Shown: positions 1 to 10,768 of the stretch, piece after piece
How positions within the stretch are numbered: position 1 is the first letter of the stretch
How the letters are laid out: every line of letters begins with the position of its first letter
NCBI GenBank assembly: GCA_026026165.1
Contig: JAPEUD010000119.1
Location: 1 to 37,900 of the forward strand
Direction of reading: 5' to 3'
Length of the DNA: 37,900 bases
Source of the DNA: Sarea resinae
Lineage: Eukaryota
Translations under genes and position numbers: made by a program
Notes under the pieces: generated by a model
Seen by the model: the letters and a program-made list of their open reading frames with translations, nothing else
What the model was told of the DNA's origin: nothing
Database searches by the model: none

Positions 1-1
1 C

Positions 2-622
2 CACTCTTCGGAAAAGATCAACACGGCGCCACTGCCCCGCTGGACACACCTCACGCACCGCCGCCTGCAAACCTGGCCCTCGCAACTCACCGCATCCAAC
101 GTGCTGCTCTCGGCCCCTCTACCCTCCTGGCTCGTCGACCCCGTGATCCCGCGCTTCGAATCCTCCCTGGCCGTCTTCGCGCGCAGTCCCCACGCGGGGC
201 CCAACCACGTGCTCGTAAATGAATACCGACCGGGCCAAGGGATCATGCCGCACGAGGACGGCGCGGCGTACTACCCGGTCGTCGCGACCGTCAGTCTGGG
301 CGCCGCTATCGTGCTCGACATCTACGGCAAGCGGGACACGGGCGAGAGGGAAGACAAGCCGCGATGGCGCGTCTTGCAGGAGCCGAGGAGTCTGCTGGTC
401 ACGACCGACGAGATGTACACGGATTACTTGCATGGCATTGCCGAGGTGCGCGCTGATGAGGATGTGGGCCCTGAGACCGTGGTCAATTGGGCGCTTCTGG
501 GCTGTGCCGAGGATTTTGAGAGTGGACGCTACGAGAGGAAGACAAGGACCAGCTTGACGTATCGAGATGTGCTAAAGGTGTCGAAGCTTGGCAGTAATCT
601 CAAGTTTCTCGGCAGACGCTGA
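2..622 (+). CDS. ALKBH6: AlkB-family 2OG-Fe(II) dioxygenase, ALKBH6-like (5' end lies outside the window)
   Basis: Frame is open from base 2 (KINTAPLPRWTHLTHRRLQTWP...). Motifs NHVLVNEYRPGQGIMPHEDG (HxD), YLHGI (distal His) and RTSLTYR (2OG-binding RxxxxxR) are typical of ALKBH6. Stop TGA at 620-622. Confidence 0.85.
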   Translation, partial: HSSEKINTAPLPRWTHLTHRRLQTWPSQLTASNVLLSAPLPSWLVDPVIPRFESSLAVFARSPHAGPNHVLVNEYRPGQGIMPHEDGAAYYPVVATVSLGAAIVLDIYGKRDTGEREDKPRWRVLQEPRSLLVTTDEMYTDYLHGIAEVRADEDVGPETVVNWALLGCAEDFESGRYERKTRTSLTYRDVLKVSKLGSNLKFLGRR

Positions 623-704
623 TTGTCACATTCGTGATTGACACTGACTCAATTGCGCCATGCTTGAGAACATCGGTTACGTTTATCCGGTTGAGTTGAT
701 GCCC

Positions 705-1781
705 TTAATATACGAAAGGGATCATTCTGCAACGCCCTCGGACCTGCTCCTCCCCAAACTTTTCGGCATACCATTGCCTAGTAATATTTGCTGTCACGCC
801 TAGGTTGATTGACACGAATATCAGCGCCGTGAAAATAGTTTGGTTGACCAATGCGCCTCTAGGCGCGGCAATCAGAGCAAGAGATAGATAGATCAAGCAT
901 TCGGCGGTATAATGAGGGCAGATGATCTGCTGGAAGATTGGATGCTTTGGAAGGCTGTACTTCGGCAGGGAATATAGGTGGACGTGAGCGTCATGCTGAA
1001 TGCCTGAGACAACAAAGAACAGAGGAATACAGAGGAAGGTACGGAGCGAAGGAGGCTTCAAGGCGACATCGTCAATGGAAGGGCGATGGAAGCGGAGTGC
1101 GGCTGTGGAAACAGACTGTCAGCAGGTATCTTCGATATGAGCTTTCGAGAGACTTACGCAATCCCTCTATCCACACTGCTATGCCCATTGCAACATAGAA
1201 GCTTATTCCCAGGAGCCAATGCACGAACCACATCTTCGCCTGGGAGGGCTTGCTCAACGCTATTGACTCCCACAGCCGGCGAATGCCCTGAAGAGCCATG
1301 AGCGACCAGGCGAGGGCCACTTGATCGAGAGACATGGAAGCTTCCCTGCTGTGATCCGCTGTCCAGTCCAAGAAAGCAGTCAAACATCTTCCGCCGGCCA
1401 GAATCTGGTAGGCCCAGAAGACCGAGGAAAGCACGGAAGCGATGTAGAAATGCGTGAAGAATGCATGCGGGACCAGGAATGTGGAGAGGTAGTCGAAGAA
1501 GTGAACGAAAGCGGCCGGCGAGGTCGACGGCTGCGTCCTCTTCTCCTTGTCCGATCTTTCACGCGCCGGTGAAGCTGTTCGGGACCCGTAAGCTACAAAG
1601 CGAGAGCGGAACGCTGGGACAGCATTCGCGAGGAAGACCTGCCAAGAGCACTGATCAGTTTTCTCGAAAAGCTCACACCTAGGGACGGCATCTCTACCGT
1701 CATGGCCGCAAGCATGAAGAAGGCTCGCAAGGCTTGAGCCGGATCAATTGTGCTGATCCCGGCATATTGTAAGGTGCCCAT
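705..1781 (-). CDS. DFG10: Polyprenol/polyprenal reductase (steroid 5-alpha reductase family, DFG10/SRD5A3-like), ~320 aa
   Basis: Exons 1781-1698, 1638-1158, 1102-705 with GT..AG introns 1697-1639 and 1157-1103. Motifs VPHAFFTHFY, QGIRRLWES, HWLLGISFY, CPHYTAECLIY, NLGVTA, WYAEKFG and MIPFVY. Multiple hydrophobic segments. Confidence 0.85.
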
Positions 1782-1863
1782 GTTTTCCGAGTCTCAAGCA
1801 GAAAATCAATCTAGAACAACTGCCTGATTGAGAGATGCCGTGTACCGTTATCTCTCAAGCTCC

Positions 1864-1896
<33 letters not shown>
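1864..1896. repeat. (ATG)11 trinucleotide microsatellite ~85 bp upstream of the DFG10-like start
   Basis: Perfect atgatgatg... run. Confidence 0.95.
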
Positions 1897-2729
1897 TATC
1901 ATCATTGTCATGGACCCTCGAACTGATGTCGAAGGATGAGCGTAGACGAGAGGAATTGAGGGGAGTTCCAGCTTGGCTGCGTCGTGGCGGTGCACACGTG
2001 CCACAGAGATTCGGCCACTTCAAGTATTACGAAGACTGAGTACTCCGGACGGCATACGCGCTTGTCAGAGTACGAGCACATCTGCCATGCATGATATGGT
2101 ACGGAGACGGTCGGAATGGAAGCTGCGTACGAACCTTCGTACTGGGTCGGAGAAACGAGTCGCTGGGAATTGGGTGAAATTGCACTCATGCACCATTGAA
2201 ATGAGCAGCGGTGGACGCACGTACCGATATACGCAGCTGGTCGGTGATAATCCTTATCGTCACATTCTCCCGCGGTCATGTCAGGTTTGGGGGATCTGCC
2301 CTGGTTGTTTTGGTTGTGGCGTTGAGCTACGGTACGGGGTTCCAAGTCGCCATCATTTCCGAAAGGGGGATAAGGGGAGAGCTAGAGCGGTAGAAGAGGT
2401 GGTGGGTGGAGGCCGCAAGAAGAGACGAGACGTTGAGATGGATGGATGTGGCTCCATTCCACCCACCACCACCACCATTCATGACTCTGCTGTCTCGAGG
2501 CTCACTCGGTGAGATAGATGGGTCTGTTGATCGATGGGATTGATGAGATGCGAGATCATGGATGGATCATGGATGCGATATTGGATGCCCGTGCTACCGA
2601 TGCGGAAGGAAAGGAGAGAGTACTCTCCAGCTGCCTACCTTGACTACTCCTACTCGTATGCACCTCTCTGACGGTCGAGATGAGCCAAGAGCGAAGAGCC
2701 AGAGAACCTGACTGGGCTCTGGACGGCTC

Positions 2730-2745
2730 CGACCAATCACGCGCC
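2730..2745 (+). promoter_or_regulatory. Possible CCAAT box in the divergent DFG10/Hos4-like intergenic region
   Basis: gaCCAATcacgcg matches the extended CCAATCA consensus. Function not shown. Confidence 0.3.
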
Positions 2746-3388
2746 TGTCTGCGTCGCCCGTTCTCCTGGACGATGCGGCTAAGGAGGAAAGCGGTCGGAG
2801 TACGAATGAGACGACTCGGATACCCCCTCGACAGGTATCAATCCCACCTCGATTGTATGAGGAGGGACAAGGCACTTCGTACCTGCAGCCTCCAAGACCA
2901 TCGCCATCGAATTCCCATACATCAGTAGTCGCAGATAGCCCAGGCAGGTACTCGTAGGAGGAGGAGTAGTAGTAGTGGAAAGGTGTACAAAGTAGCCTAC
3001 GCCTACGCCTACAGCGTCCATCTCTCCTCCTCATCCTCCTCCCCCCCCCCCCCAAATCCTCCTCACTCCTCCTCTTCCTCGTCGACTAATTAGTCTAATG
3101 ATCTTGACTTCCCCTCGCCACCATCATTGCTCTCGAACCGTGTCTCTCCTTGCCATCGACGACTGATCTCTTTTTCATTTGTAAGAGTACAGGGAAGGTG
3201 CATCTCACCCTTCTGTGACTTCCTCTCTTTGTTGCGCATCCGTATCGTCTGGCTGCGCGCCCAGCTCCTCAAGTTTTCGAGACTCGGTTGAATCCTGGTC
3301 CCACCCATTCGACTCGTTTGAACCGGCGTCGCCAGCCACGACGGCCCACCATGAAGGAAAACAACTCGACAATCCCAAGGGTTACGCT

Positions 3389-6300
3389 ATGAATGAAAAT
3401 ACCGGCACCGATTCTTCGACCTCGAAGCCGCCAGGGTTAGAGGTGGGGAAACAGGACGGTGCCGGTAACCACGAAACGGATGGTCTTCCGATTCCAGCGG
3501 ATGCCTCGGTCTCTGAATCCAAGCCCGCACCGGTCCAGGCCGAGATCTCGAAGCCAGAAATTGACGCGGTGGATGATGGCAGATCGACGAAAGAGACGGA
3601 TGGCGCAAGAAGCGATTCAGAGGCCGAAACAATCGTTCTGCCAGACAAGGAGTATGCCGCCCAACACAAGACGGGAAGGGCGATCAAGCACGAAGATGAT
3701 GATGCCGTTGCGGCTACAAGTATCCCAGATGCTGACACAGAAATGAATGATGCTCCCGCGCCCGAGCCGATCGAATCCTCCGAAGCGCATGCAGACAACG
3801 GAAAGAAGAAAAAGCTCCCAAAGGATGGCGAATTCCCGTCACAAGACGGGGGAAACTCGAGCGGTTTGAGCTCGATACCGTCGTCGCCTGTCGCAAGGAC
3901 CCAGTCTTCTAGGAGAGATGACTCTGATTCGGACAGGTCTCGTTCCTCTCCACCTAATGATTCGTCAGAGCGATCCAAAGCCTCGAGTAAGGAGAATCGG
4001 AAGCGAAAGTTAAGCGGTAACGTTCAACCTGGTGACCGTGGCAGTGGGGAACTTAAACGCAAAAAGAGCGTGGACGTCGACGATAGCAAAGATCGTCGTG
4101 GCGTGCGTAGCTCAACTCATGGACCTCCTCGGCGGAATTCAGAAGACCGTTCATCATCTCCTCGCGCGCGCTCTCACCGACGAGCAGCCTCGACTCAATC
4201 TGCATCGCATCCTTCGGTGAATGGGCCAATTCACAAGAAGAGGAAGGTACCGCCAGCGCTACATACGTCGCGCGACACCAGACTCTCCGAAGACATCCAC
4301 TCCGACTCTTCATCCTTGGGCGATGCATCACATCCTTACCACCACCACAAAAGGTCCACCCCAGGAGACGCCTCGGCATTGTCATCGATCAAGATGCCTC
4401 ATAAGAAGCATCGAGATCAGATCGGTCGCACTTTTCTTGCACGCGCCTGCGCCAACCGAGAGATCGACAATGCGCGCACCAGGTTAAAGGAGAGACCGGA
4501 AGATCTGGATGTGGCCGACAACGCCGGAAATACCCCACTTCAGATCGCCGCGTTGGAAGGCTGTGCTGAGATCGTCCAAATCCTTCTCGAAGCCGGCTGC
4601 GATGTGAACTGCAAGAACAATGAGAAGGATACTCCTCTCATCGACGCGGTGGAGAACGGTCACTTGGAGGTCGTCAAACTGCTTCTCGGCGCAGGAGCTG
4701 ATCCGCGCCAAGGTAACCTGAACGGAGAGGAACCTCTGGATCTACTGGATGCAGAAGATGAGAACTATCGGCCCATCAAGAACGCCCTCAATGCAGCCAA
4801 GCATAAAACAAATCCGCGAAGGCAGTCCGAAGATCAAGCAGGGCATGGGCTAGTGAGTTCGAAAGATGCCAGGCCTGCTTCCAGAGCTCCATCTGCCGCA
4901 AGTCCGCGCGACTCGCCACCCGTATCAACCCCGCGCAGCCCGCCAACCTTCAACCTGCCTCCGCGACGGAGAACAGTTCGAAGTGAGATCACCAGAAATG
5001 ACCTCCTTTGGATGAAACCCACTCCGGAAAACCTGCGCGACCGCGCAGGGAAAGGCGACATGGCTGGCGTGGGCACTATACTGAATGTGCTACCCCAAGC
5101 GGATACTGAGTCTTTGATTGCAGCGGCAAGAGGAGGGCATGACGAAGTGATACAATTACTTTTAGGCATGGGAAATGCCGACCCCGACCCGAAGCCGTTG
5201 AGATCGAATCAATACAAACAAGGCTACAACACGCCCATGCTCGCAGCGATTGGACGGGGGAACGAACAAGTGCTCCAGCTTCTACTCGCCCAACCAAACT
5301 TTGACCCCACTCGACGAGACTACCGTGGCTCAACCTATTTTGACATTGCGAAAGAGCGACAAGGGTTTAATTGGGAGAAGGAGTTTGAAATTCTCAAGGA
5401 AGCTTACGACAAATACGCTAGTAAAGGTCGCAAGAACCACCATCACCACGGATCTCCATCTAAGGCAACTTCGTCACAAGATCCTATCCGGAAACACCGG
5501 GATCAACAAGAAAAAGAGCGGGAGTCTAAACACCGCCCTCACGCAGAATGTCCTCCGAACGGACCCTCTCACCGTACATCCTTCACCCATGGCCATGAAG
5601 GAGATGGGATCCGCAAGAAGCCCAGTGCTGCGTTAGAAACCAAACATCGGACGGAAAGCGGTAAAGAAGGCGTCCGGTTACATAAGCGACTAGTGCGACC
5701 AGAAGGTCGAAGAGATTCATCAGAAGCCGTCAGTGATCGAGAGTCGACGCCGTTAGGTCCCCCGAAAATCAAGCCGCCCAAAACGGCAAGGACAGAAAGC
5801 GAACCTTCTGGCCATGCCGACGTACCCAAGAAGCCAAGACGGAAGTTGGTATCTGGCAAAGCTCTCAAAAGCGATCAGGAAAGGAAACGACGTGCGAGTG
5901 TTCTCTCATCGACGTCGTCTTCTTCGTCCGGCAAAGAAAGGCGCGGCTCATTTGAAGGCAAAGACCGACCTAGGCTAGGACCAAAGAGACCTGAAAAGAA
6001 ACCCGAAAAGAAGCCCAAGAGCAGCCAAGCTGGTCCTTCCGAGTCCACAGTTCCGCATCTGAAAGCAAGCGCGAGCGATTCTGACATCCCAAACAATCAG
6101 CACATCGCTAAGGATTCGGTCAAAAGAGAAGACTCTCGAGATCGGCTAAGCGTGGTTCGCGGTGAGGCAGGGGTGAAGAGACATCGTAGCAGTCATAGTC
6201 CACAACGGTCTCGATCACAGGAAAGAGAAGCTCGACGATCACATTCAGATGAAGCTAGCAAGAAGCGAAGGCGTATCGAAACGGCAACCAGAAATCCGAC

Positions 6301-8201
6301 CGAGAAATCCAGCGAACATCAGCCCCTCGCCAATACTTCCTTGCAGGTCGGTCCAGCTAAGGTGGCCAACATGATTGTATCCAAGGAGGACAGACCACGA
6401 AGTGAACTGGCCGACAATTCCCAGGTAGATCCAGTACATGCCCATAATGAGCAAAAGCCTGCCGAAAAAGCTGCGCCCAAGGGGACAATTACGGCCAATG
6501 AGACAACCCAGCACAAGTCTACGGATCATCCAACTTCGGAGGCCACCAAAGTGGAAGCGCACCAAAGCACGACAGGGACAAAGGAGCCGAAAGCCAATCA
6601 ACCAAAGCCTAAGGCTTCCGAACCCGATGCCACAAACAAGGCTGTCTCGGAGCGAAGCCCCCCACGGCCGTCAGATAGTAATGCACAACAAGCTCATTCC
6701 GGTACTGATGAACACCGCAAGGCTGAGGCAGAACGGCAGAACACCGAGAAGGAAAGGCGCAAGGCAGAGGAAGAGCGAAGGAAGGCGGAGGACGACCAGC
6801 ACAAGGTTGAGGAAGAGCAGCGCAAGGTCGAGGAGGAGCAGCGCAAGCTTCAAGAGGAAAAGCGCAAGGTCGAAGAGGAAAAGCGCAAGGTTGAAGAGGA
6901 GCAGCGCAGCGCCGAACAGCAGAAGCGCAAGGCTGAAGAAGACAAGCGTAAGGCCGAAGAAGAGAAACGCAAGGCGGAGGAAGAGAAACGCAAAGCCGAG
7001 GAGGAGATACGCAAGGTCGAAGAAGACCGCGTGAGGGCCGAAAAAGCCCGCCAGAAAGCTGAAGAGGAGCGCAAAAGGGCTGATGTCGAACGCGAAAGGC
7101 AAGCGCGGCTCGACCGAGAGGCAAAAGAGGAGGCTGAAAGGAAAGCTCGAATTGCTCAAGAGGAAGAGCAGGCACGCCTGGAAGAACAGAAAAGAGTCAG
7201 GGAGATTGAACACCAAGCGCGCGTGGCGCGAGAAGAGGAAGAAGCTCGTGAAGAGAGGAAACGCCGTGAAGAAGAGGCGCAAAGACGGCATGCCGAACAA
7301 GAACGACTGCGTCGCATTGACCAGGAACGCAAACGTGCCGAGCATGAAGAGCGACAAAGGCAAATGGAAATGGAGAGGCAAGAGGACGAAGAACGACGCC
7401 GACGTCAGGCTCTCCCGAATTGTCTTTGTCGAGCCGCTGAACTCTCCGTATCTGAAGCCAGAAATCCAGACGAAGTGAACAGATGGCTTCCGTTGTACAC
7501 TGCTACCACTCGTCAGCTGGAGCCAAACTGCGAGAGCGACGTTGCCAACGACGAGTGGATTGCCAACTTTCAAGCAGCTCCGATTCTGGGCATCAAAGAC
7601 CTTGAGCTCTCTCAATGTAAGTAACAAATCATAAGTTGATTCGAATTATGCTTACGTTCATTCAGATACGGCGTGGGCCAAGAAACCCTTCACCTTGCAT
7701 CACAGAACCTGCATGTGGAACATTACTCGCCGTATGCTGGCAGAAGCTTTCAGGCCTCCATCTAGCCCTAAAATGGTAGTCCCTACACTTTTGAACGCTA
7801 CCTTGGATGACTTGGCTGTTATGCACAAGGAGAGCAGGCCTAAGTTCTTTGCTATGAAGCACGTTTTCTGGATCAAAGTACGTTTTTCCCTAGGCCTTTT
7901 TGTGTCCGTACTAATCGATTTCAAGCTTTCCGACTTCATGGACATCAAGCCTCGTTATCCTCATCTGCTCGGTGTTCACATTCGCACCTGGCCGGCTACC
8001 ATGGACTCTAATGACCGGCCCAGAGTTGGAGTCTTTCCGAGCCCCTCTGACCGACAATTGCCGAACGGCGTGATTCATATGCAAAACGGTGTCGCTGAAG
8101 GCAATGCAACTTTCCGGGACAGCTCTTTCCTGCCCGGCCCCTCTCCTCAGGTCAATGGCGTAGGCGTTGCGGCCTCCAATGGCCATAATTCCTCTGGATG
8201 A
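3389..8201 (+). CDS. HOS4: Ankyrin-repeat protein, Hos4-like (Set3 histone deacetylase complex subunit), ~1571 aa
   Basis: Exons 3389-7616, 7666-7877, 7926-8201; introns GTAAGT..CAG and GTACGT..CTAAT..AAG. Ankyrin repeats GRTFLARAC, GNTPLQIAALEG, KDTPLIDAVENGH and YNTPMLAAIGRG. N-terminal DSEAETIVL motif, long disordered regions, an E/K/R-rich helix and a C-terminal globular domain. First in-frame ATG is 3389 (the ORF track starts at a GTG). Confidence 0.75.
6715..7030 (+). repeat. Coding 21-bp minisatellite encoding (R-K-A/V-E-E-E-K/Q)n
   Basis: Repeated cgcaaggNNgaRgaRgaR units. Translation ...RKVEEEQRKLQEEKRKVEEEKRKVEEEQ...RKAEEEKRKAEEEKRKAEEE. Confidence 0.85.
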
Positions 8202-8973
8202 TAACACTGTTCATCCGCTTCGACTCAGCTTTCTTGTGTACCTGCGTATTCTACCTTCGCAAGTCGATTCGCTCTTTCAAGTTTTTCACGTGGAAGTTTC
8301 ACTCAAGACCCATGACGAGTTTCTTTTGTGCTACGACAGCGGCTAGAAGTGATACGGTCGGGTTTGGCGCAAACGGCTCGGGTCTGGCGGATTTGTTTTG
8401 CCTTGGGTCATACCCCGTCTGCTTTTCATCTGTACAAATCACCCACATAATCACTCAGGGAGGTCTAGTCAGGTTAGCTCTGCGTGGCCTCTGGATACTG
8501 GCTGTTGCGCTTGTTGTTTGGGGATGCTCAGTCAAGGGCCGATATGGCAACTGTATATAGTCTATGCCTCGAATCAACGGCTGCAGTGTCTGCGTCGACC
8601 ACCCATTTGCGAGTAGTAATAATCATTGATTCATCTGCCCGTGTACAGATGAACCAATACAGCACTAATGATTGAATCTTTATGGTACGGTGATCAGCAT
8701 CATCATCATCTCCTCCCGGGTATTGCCCGTATTCCCGAATAGGTAAGTTAAGCGAGCATAGGGCACACAAACCTCGTTTCGTTCCCCGCCAACAACGCCC
8801 GCCGGAGCGAAATTAAGCGAGACCTGCGACGATTGAAGGATCTCGAGGTTGGGCAACCGTCAAACTTGAAGTCAAGCAACCGTTGCAATTCCAACAAAAG
8901 AACCCTCATCATCACGACACACACCTAATTCTCTTCGAGGACAATCCGACACTTTTCCATCCTAAGATCCAAA

Positions 8974-9623
8974 ATGGTAGCTCCTCACCTTGCTTTTCCT
9001 TGTACACTTGCTCTCTCTGGCGCGGCAGAAAGAAGAGAAAGAATCACCCTTGCTAACGCCTAGGTCGACAGTCGGACGGAGAAGAGCCCCAATCGCCCGT
9101 CGTGGCCGCGGCCGACGAGGTTGAAGTCAGCGCCGATGCCTCGGCAGGCAAGGGCCAGATGTCGGTGCTGGACGCGCTCAAGGGCGTGCTCAAGCTGGCG
9201 CTGATCCACGACGGCCTGGCGCGCGGTCTGCGCGAGGCGTCCAAGGCGCTCGACCGTCGCCAGGCCCACATGTGCGTCCTCAACGAGGCGTGCGAGGAGG
9301 ATGCCTACAAGAAGCTGGTCGTCGCCCTTTGCTCCGAGCACAAGATCCCGCTGATCAAGGTCCCCGATGGCAAGCAGCTGGGCGAGTGGGCTGGCCTATG
9401 TGAGTCTGACCCTTTTTTTTCGTTGTATCTGACGATTGGATAAGAGTACGGAGAGAGGGACAAGTGGGGAACGGCAGAGGCTAATTTAGATCTTCCAGGC
9501 GTCCTCGACCGCGAAGGAAACCCGCGCAAGGTCGTCAACTGCTCGTGCGTCGTCGTCCGCGACTGGGGTGAGGAGTCCCAGGAACGCTCCATCCTGCTCA
9601 ACTACTTCCAGACCGAGCAGTAG
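8974..9623 (+). CDS. RPS12: 40S ribosomal protein S12 (eS12), 151 aa
   Basis: Exons 8974-8976 (ATG only), 9072-9399, 9499-9623. Protein MSDGEE...[32 protein letters not shown]...[34 protein letters not shown]. Strong codon bias. Confidence 0.97.
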
Positions 9624-10017
9624 ATTCGTTTTCTACGATGGGCTGGCCTGGTTGGGGTTTGATGGGACGTCATGTGGTGGGTGGGCGGATAGATGGATAG
9701 ATGGATTGATGGAACGACTGGGTAGATGGAAAGACCATGGCGCCTTCCAGGACGAGGGGATCTCGACTTGTTGCTTGATGTCCGCCCTCTTACATGTCCA
9801 CTGTCTCGATGTGCGTCCGTCCGCCTACCTATTCCGCAGCTATCAAAACCAAAAAATAGACGTCTTCCACCCAACCTCCCTTAACACTCGACCGTCCCAT
9901 GTGTGACCGTCCATGTTCAAACTCGTGTGACTTACTCGGCCTGCCTCTCATCCTCTCGCGCTGTTGCTCCTCTCATCTCATCTAATCAATACATCAGATC
10001 CTCTGTAGAGTGAAATA

Positions 10018-10442
10018 ACATAGCACAGCACAGCATAGCACAGCACAGCAGACCTACAGAGATGGAGTCCTCTCCTCTCCTCTCCTCTCCTCTCCTCTCC
10101 TCTCCTCTCCTCTCCTCTCCTCTCCTCTCCTCTCCTCTCATCTCCTCTCCTCTCATCTCCTCTCATCTTGTCTTGTCTCATCTTGCACTATCCAACTCAC
10201 ACATCAAATCAACACCATCTAACCAATATACAATAAATCTGCAGAACTGAAACGGCATAGCACAGCATAGCACAGCACCGCACCACATAGCATCCTAAAG
10301 CTCAGCATAGCACAGCACAGCAGACCTACAGAGATGGATTTCTCTCCTCTCCTCTCCTCTCACCCCTTTCCCTCCTCTCTTCTCTTCTCTTATTATCTCG
10401 TCATCTTATCTTGCACTATCTACCCAGCCAATACATCAAATC
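10018..10442. repeat. Compound microsatellite block, (CAYAG)n + (CCTCT)n, present as an imperfect direct duplication
   Basis: cagcatagcacagcacagcagacctacagagatgga occurs at ~10031 and ~10303. Each copy is followed by a CCTCT tract, tcttgcactatc and acatcaaatc. Confidence 0.9.
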
Positions 10443-10768
10443 CGAAACGCGTAAGCGGGCATGTGTGTCTGTGGTGCCATCTGACTTGTCGGATTGGGAC
10501 CACAGTAGTTAGACAGCGGGGTGAAAGGAGGGAGAAAGAGAGAGTGAGAGTGTGTGAGATGTCTGTAGTTGTAGATATGATAGATGGATAGATAGATGGA
10601 TAGATAAGAGAGGAAGAAAGAACAAGGAGAAAAAAGTGAAAAAAATTCCACAACTCCACCCACTCAACAACACCATCCAACAACACAAAACGAAACCCAA
10701 ACACCCCGTCCGACAATCGAGAGATCAGCGTATACACATCGACGACTGCCCCGCACTCGCTCGCTCGC

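Noticed and set aside
6671..7627. 318-aa hydrophobic minus-strand ORF (LFF/LAL-rich) that looks like a membrane protein
   Set aside because: It is the antisense shadow of the GAA/GAG/AAG-rich charged helix of the Hos4-like gene.
9978..10250. ORFs with RRGEE / SSPLL repeats
   Set aside because: Translations of the (CCTCT)n microsatellite.
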